Positions 17,580 through 20,000 of a DNA stretch of 20,000 bases are shown here, piece by piece. The DNA comes from an uncultured virus (IMG/VR IMGVR_UViG_3300046010_015841) (Duplodnaviria; Heunggongvirae; Uroviricota; Caudoviricetes): the IMG/VR virus record IMGVR_UViG_3300046010_015841, one strand, 5' to 3'. A model generated the notes under the pieces. It had not been told where the DNA came from. It saw only the letters and a list, made by a program, of their open reading frames with translations, and ran no database searches. The position numbers and the translations under genes are program-made. Every line of letters begins with the position of its first letter. Positions within the stretch are counted from its first letter, which is position 1.

Positions 17580-17820
17580 AAAGAAAGGTTTCACCCCCTA
17601 TAGATATTTGGCGAAAGGGGTATAATGGATTTTGTGGAGCCAAAATCTAGCAATATTTTGTTGGATATTTGTATATATGCGCGCCTTGGGTAAAGATCGT
17701 AGTTTATCTGTGAGTACGGGGCAGGCCGCGACATATATGCGGCCCGTCGATGGACCGCTATTGCCGTGGGGTCATAACGATAGCGGAGCGCTATCGCCCC
17801 GCTATCGAGTATCCTTATTT
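17580..17820. other. GC-rich structured non-coding island (ncRNA, origin or packaging site candidate)
   Basis: 17711-17810 is 62% GC by hand count, with several inverted repeats and four CCGCTATCG-like boxes. Confidence 0.55.
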
Positions 17821-17828
17821 TCTTTTTT

Positions 17829-18110
17829 TTATACCATTAACGGATTTGCCGCTACGATATTGTCAATTAACTTATAATCACTATGACCATTATATAATTG
17901 ATCATCAATTTGTATTGCAATGCCTAAGTTATTCTGTATACAATCATCTAATACAGTCAGTACTGATAACATATCATAATTACTTAAGTCCATTTCAACA
18001 TAATATATGTTATTAACTGCATCATCAATTTCAATATTAAATCCTAGTTTCTGATATTCAGATAATACTTTGTAATTGGCATCTACAAATGCAAACATTA
18101 ACTTTTTCAT
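17829..18110 (-). CDS. Early-type hypothetical protein
   Basis: 93 aa, leader AAAATTAAAAGTT-ATG, own promoter. Confidence 0.75.
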   Translation of the reverse strand: MKKLMFAFVDANYKVLSEYQKLGFNIEIDDAVNNIYYVEMDLSNYDMLSVLTVLDDCIQNNLGIAIQIDDQLYNGHSDYKLIDNIVAANPLMV

Positions 18111-18147
18111 AACTTTTAATTTTAATTATTTAATCATTTTAACATGT

Positions 18148-18172
18148 TAAATATAATAAATTTAGTTATGTT
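18148..18172 (-). promoter_or_regulatory. AAC-box early promoter
   Basis: AACATAACT-AAATTTAT-TATATTTA. Confidence 0.7.
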
Positions 18173-18300
18173 TATTGAGGAACTCTTGTGATTAATTTGC
18201 TTCTACCTTTACACCCATATCCGTTTGTAGCACAGCTGGTTAATCCAGATAATAGAGCTAACATTACAATTATTAACAGTATTACTTGATGTGGCTTCAT
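18172..18300 (-). CDS. Small lipoprotein (42 aa)
   Basis: Hand translation MKPHQVILLIIVMLALLSGLTSCATNGYGCKGRSKLITRVPQ*: basic N-terminus, hydrophobic core, lipobox LTS-C. Starts 1 nt after the stop of 18302-18502. Confidence 0.8.
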   Translation of the reverse strand: MKPHQVILLIIVMLALLSGLTSCATNGYGCKGRSKLITRVPQ

Positions 18301-18301
18301 C

Positions 18302-18502
18302 TTATTTAATTTTATAAATTAATCGTTTAAGGTCATTTACTTCTTCCTTTTGTTCCTCTATAATCACGAAACATAGGAACACGACTGCCATTAGTAAGGT
18401 GATGAACATGAATGTTAGATCTAAATTGGTTTTAGCTGTAAACATTAAATACAATGCTAACACCCCTAATACTACACTGATAATACCATTTACTATTTTC
18501 AT
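18302..18502 (-). CDS. Small two-TM membrane protein
   Basis: Two hydrophobic helices and a charged helical C-terminal tail. Confidence 0.8.
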   Translation of the reverse strand: MKIVNGIISVVLGVLALYLMFTAKTNLDLTFMFITLLMAVVFLCFVIIEEQKEEVNDLKRLIYKIK

Positions 18503-18521
18503 ACTTATTAATTTTATAAAT

Positions 18522-18546
18522 TAAATATAAGGAGGGGAATTGTGTT
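18522..18546 (-). promoter_or_regulatory. AAC-box early promoter
   Basis: AACACAATT-CCCCTCCT-TATATTTA. The 23-bp segment 18508-18530 is identical to 18812-18834. Confidence 0.7.
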
Positions 18547-18554
18547 CCCCTCCT
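18522..18554 (-). terminator. Stem-loop / intrinsic terminator overlapping a promoter
   Basis: 10-bp perfect stem AGGAGGGGAA (18530-18539) / TTCCCCTCCT (18545-18554), 6 nt after the stop of 18561-18806, followed by TATATTT on the minus strand. Confidence 0.65.
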
Positions 18555-18560
18555 ATTCCG

Positions 18561-18806
18561 TTATATTCCAAATTTAGCTCTTGTTTCAACGTATTCATTA
18601 TACAATCCACCTCGTTGATATATTACACCCAAGGCACTTAATAGCACTTTTGAAGTGCATTTATGACTTATCCCCATAAAATCACATACTTGTCTTTTGA
18701 CATTAACGTAATTGGGGGCAAGGTGTTGTTTGTGTTTAATGTGCATTATAGTATCTAACAATAATGCTTTCACTTGCAGGCGATTGAATGTTACTGTTTG
18801 TTCCAT
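18561..18806 (-). CDS. Early-type hypothetical protein
   Basis: 81 aa, own promoter and A-rich leader. Confidence 0.75.
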   Translation of the reverse strand: MEQTVTFNRLQVKALLLDTIMHIKHKQHLAPNYVNVKRQVCDFMGISHKCTSKVLLSALGVIYQRGGLYNEYVETRAKFGI

Positions 18807-18825
18807 ACGTTTTAATTTTATAAAT

Positions 18826-18856
18826 TAAATATAACACAGTTTGTTGGGTTAACAAA
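18826..18856 (-). promoter_or_regulatory. AAC-box early promoter with -33 TTTG
   Basis: TTTG-TT-AACCCAACA-AACTGTGT-TATATTTA, 19-nt spacer. Confidence 0.75.
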
Positions 18857-18879
18857 TGGACCCCCTAGAAAGGGGGTCC
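18850..18879 (-). terminator. Intrinsic terminator
   Basis: 9-bp stem GGACCCCCT (18858-18866) / AGGGGGTCC (18871-18879) followed by ATTTGTT on the minus strand, just after the stop at 18884. Confidence 0.7.
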
Positions 18880-18883
18880 GTAA

Positions 18884-19093
18884 TTAAAAATTAAAAGTAT
18901 GAACAGTCTTTATTTGGCCATGATTCCAGTCTTCCATTATTTGATTTGCTCGATCAATTCCGTCTCTACTTCTACACATTCTAGACACGTTCAATTGTTT
19001 CATCCATTCCTGGAATTTAGGGTCCAGTTGTGTTTGTAGTCGTTCTTGTTCAAGCCGTTCCCATTGTTCAATGGTAATGTCTTTTATGTTCAT
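18884..19093 (-). CDS. Early-type hypothetical protein (69 aa)
   Basis: Start corrected to ATG 19093 (MNIKDITIEQW...) after the leader AAATTAAAAGTT; the longer track ORF overlaps the upstream gene and promoter. Confidence 0.75.
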   Translation of the reverse strand: MNIKDITIEQWERLEQERLQTQLDPKFQEWMKQLNVSRMCRSRDGIDRANQIMEDWNHGQIKTVHTFNF

Positions 19094-19108
19094 AACTTTT
19101 AATTTAAA

Positions 19109-19142
19109 TAAAGATATGAAGAGGGGTTTAGTTCCCCTCTTC
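19109..19142 (-). promoter_or_regulatory. AAC-box early promoter embedded in a stem-loop
   Basis: AACTAAACC-CCTCTTCA-TATCTTTA; 9-bp stem GAAGAGGGG (19118-19126) / CCCCTCTTC (19134-19142) spanning the upstream stop codon. Confidence 0.7.
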
Positions 19143-19442
19143 GTCCAAATAATTTCCAAGTACACCTTCAACCACACGTTTAATTTTATTGTCATCAAAC
19201 TCAATACTTGTTAACTCCACCTCACGATAATTCATTTCCAACTCATAATCACTAAGTACATCTGTACCCCAACTACTAAATTCGTTTTGGAGTGCCTCCA
19301 CAACGTCATCAATAATCTCTTTAGTGATACCTCCACCATTCAACTCATTTACCCATTTAATTACTTCACTTACTGGTACGTAAGCAATCTTTACTAATTC
19401 ATCTGATGATTGGAGCTTGTCCAATAATTGTTGTTTTGTCAT
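19128..19442 (-). CDS. Acidic early-type hypothetical protein
   Basis: 104 aa, D/E-rich, own promoter. Confidence 0.8.
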   Translation of the reverse strand: MTKQQLLDKLQSSDELVKIAYVPVSEVIKWVNELNGGGITKEIIDDVVEALQNEFSSWGTDVLSDYELEMNYREVELTSIEFDDNKIKRVVEGVLGNYLDEEGN

Positions 19443-19482
19443 AACCTTGATTTTTAATTTTTAATTAATCAAATTAACAAGT

Positions 19483-19512
19483 TAAATATACACAAAAAAA
19501 TTGTGTTTCAAA
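19483..19512 (-). promoter_or_regulatory. AAC-box early promoter with -33 TTTG
   Basis: TTTG-A-AACACAATT-TTTTTGTG-TATATTTA, 18-nt spacer. Confidence 0.75.
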
Positions 19513-19693
19513 ATGTTTCCCTAATTAATACTTCCACTCTAGCTTGTGTGTACTTTGCTTTTACATTTTCATACATCTCCATTGCTTCAATTAGTTGTGT
19601 TCTTACTGTACCTGATTGAAACTCATTATCAACCTTAATGTAATAGGTAACATCACCTATTGTATTAAATTCTTTAACTAATTCAATTGTCAT
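19508..19693 (-). CDS. Early-type hypothetical protein
   Basis: 61 aa, leader AAAATTAAAAGTT-ATG. Confidence 0.75.
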   Translation of the reverse strand: MTIELVKEFNTIGDVTYYIKVDNEFQSGTVRTQLIEAMEMYENVKAKYTQARVEVLIRETF

Positions 19694-19712
19694 AACTTTT
19701 AATTTTATAAAA

Positions 19713-19742
19713 TAAAGATATGTAAAATAATTATGTTTACAA
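19713..19742 (-). promoter_or_regulatory. AAC-box early promoter with -33 TTG
   Basis: TTG-TA-AACATAATT-ATTTTACA-TATCTTTA, 19-nt spacer. Confidence 0.75.
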
Positions 19743-19754
19743 GCTGAAAATTTG

Positions 19755-19785
19755 TTTGGAAACCAAATAATCTTTTTTACATTTA
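19755..19785 (+). promoter_or_regulatory. Plus-strand AAC-box promoter
   Basis: TTTG-GA-AACCAAATA-ATCTTTTT-TACATTTA, 19-nt spacer; same architecture on the opposite strand. Confidence 0.65.
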
Positions 19786-19789
19786 CATT

Positions 19790-19875
19790 GTCATTTGGAC
19801 GGGCGCCCTATGAAATGGGTGGAGGGATCAGAGGTAGGCTGCCTAAGACGTCTTCCACTATCCCCAAAATAAAAT
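19790..19875. ncRNA. Candidate small structured RNA between convergent promoters
   Basis: About 52% GC over 19791-19870. Stem GGTGGAGGG (19818-19826) / TCTTCCACT (19851-19859), inner TAGG/CCTA hairpin, closing TTTGG/CCAAA. No credible ORF. Confidence 0.45.
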
Positions 19876-19880
19876 TGGTC

Positions 19881-19912
19881 TAAAATTACGAATAAGAATT
19901 TGGTTTCCCAAA
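19881..19912 (-). promoter_or_regulatory. Minus-strand AAC-box promoter
   Basis: TTTG-GGA-AACCAAATT-CTTATTCG-TAATTTTA, 20-nt spacer. Confidence 0.65.
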
Positions 19913-19923
19913 TCATACCAGGA

Positions 19924-19964
19924 CAACAAAAGACCCAGTTCATTAATTAAAACGAACCGGGTCT
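19924..19964 (-). terminator. Intrinsic terminator
   Basis: Minus strand AGACCCGGTTCGTT-ttaatt-AATGAACTGGGTCT (14 bp, two GU pairs) followed by TTTGTTG. Confidence 0.75.
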
Positions 19965-20000
19965 AGTTGATAACCCCTAAATTACCAACAATTAAGCCAC

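Noticed and set aside
17632..18016. Plus-strand ORFs of 81 and 88 aa across the GC island
   Set aside because: Opposite to all other genes, atypical composition, and they overlap a better-supported minus-strand gene.
17829..19745. Repeated intergenic units as a CRISPR array or integron attC cassettes
   Set aside because: Repeats are degenerate AT-rich promoter/leader motifs separated by whole genes; no constant spacer length, attC R-box pairs, cas genes or integrase.
19790..19870. tRNA, SRP RNA or hammerhead ribozyme; 20-codon plus-strand ORF MKWVEGSEVGCLRRLPLSPK
   Set aside because: The minus strand runs GGGGA...TCCA but has no 7-bp acceptor stem or T-loop. No SRP helix-8 or CUGAnGA/GAAA core. 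The short ORF lacks the A-rich leader and any toxin-like hydrophobicity.

Overview
AT-rich (roughly 30% GC by eye) segment of a large myovirus-like phage, probably infecting Bacteroidota (Shine-Dalgarno-less A-rich leaders, TTTG-N18-20-TAnnTTT promoters). All credible genes are on the minus strand. Positions 1-14340 hold a baseplate/tail-fibre module: a gp5-like hub/spike, gp25-like and gp6/J-like wedges, a DNRLRE-like protein, a 1531-aa P2-gpI/gp7-like wedge, tail-collar-like proteins and a Thr/Pro-rich protein. A gp55-like late sigma factor and small genes, including a T5orf172/GIY-YIG protein, follow. Beyond a GC-rich non-coding island (17580-17820) lies an array of small early-type gene cassettes (17829-19745). 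Main observations: (1) a repeated bipartite promoter AACnnAA-N10-TAnnTTTA with fixed spacing, often embedded in a hairpin; (2) an ~85-nt GC-rich element flanked by two convergent copies of that promoter; (3) a 62%-GC island with four CCGCTATCG-like boxes; (4) a candidate late promoter ATATTTAT(A/T); (5) strong [ST][GAS]S enrichment in virion proteins; (6) a 42-aa lipoprotein missed by the ORF track. All functional calls come from motif recognition, not database searches.
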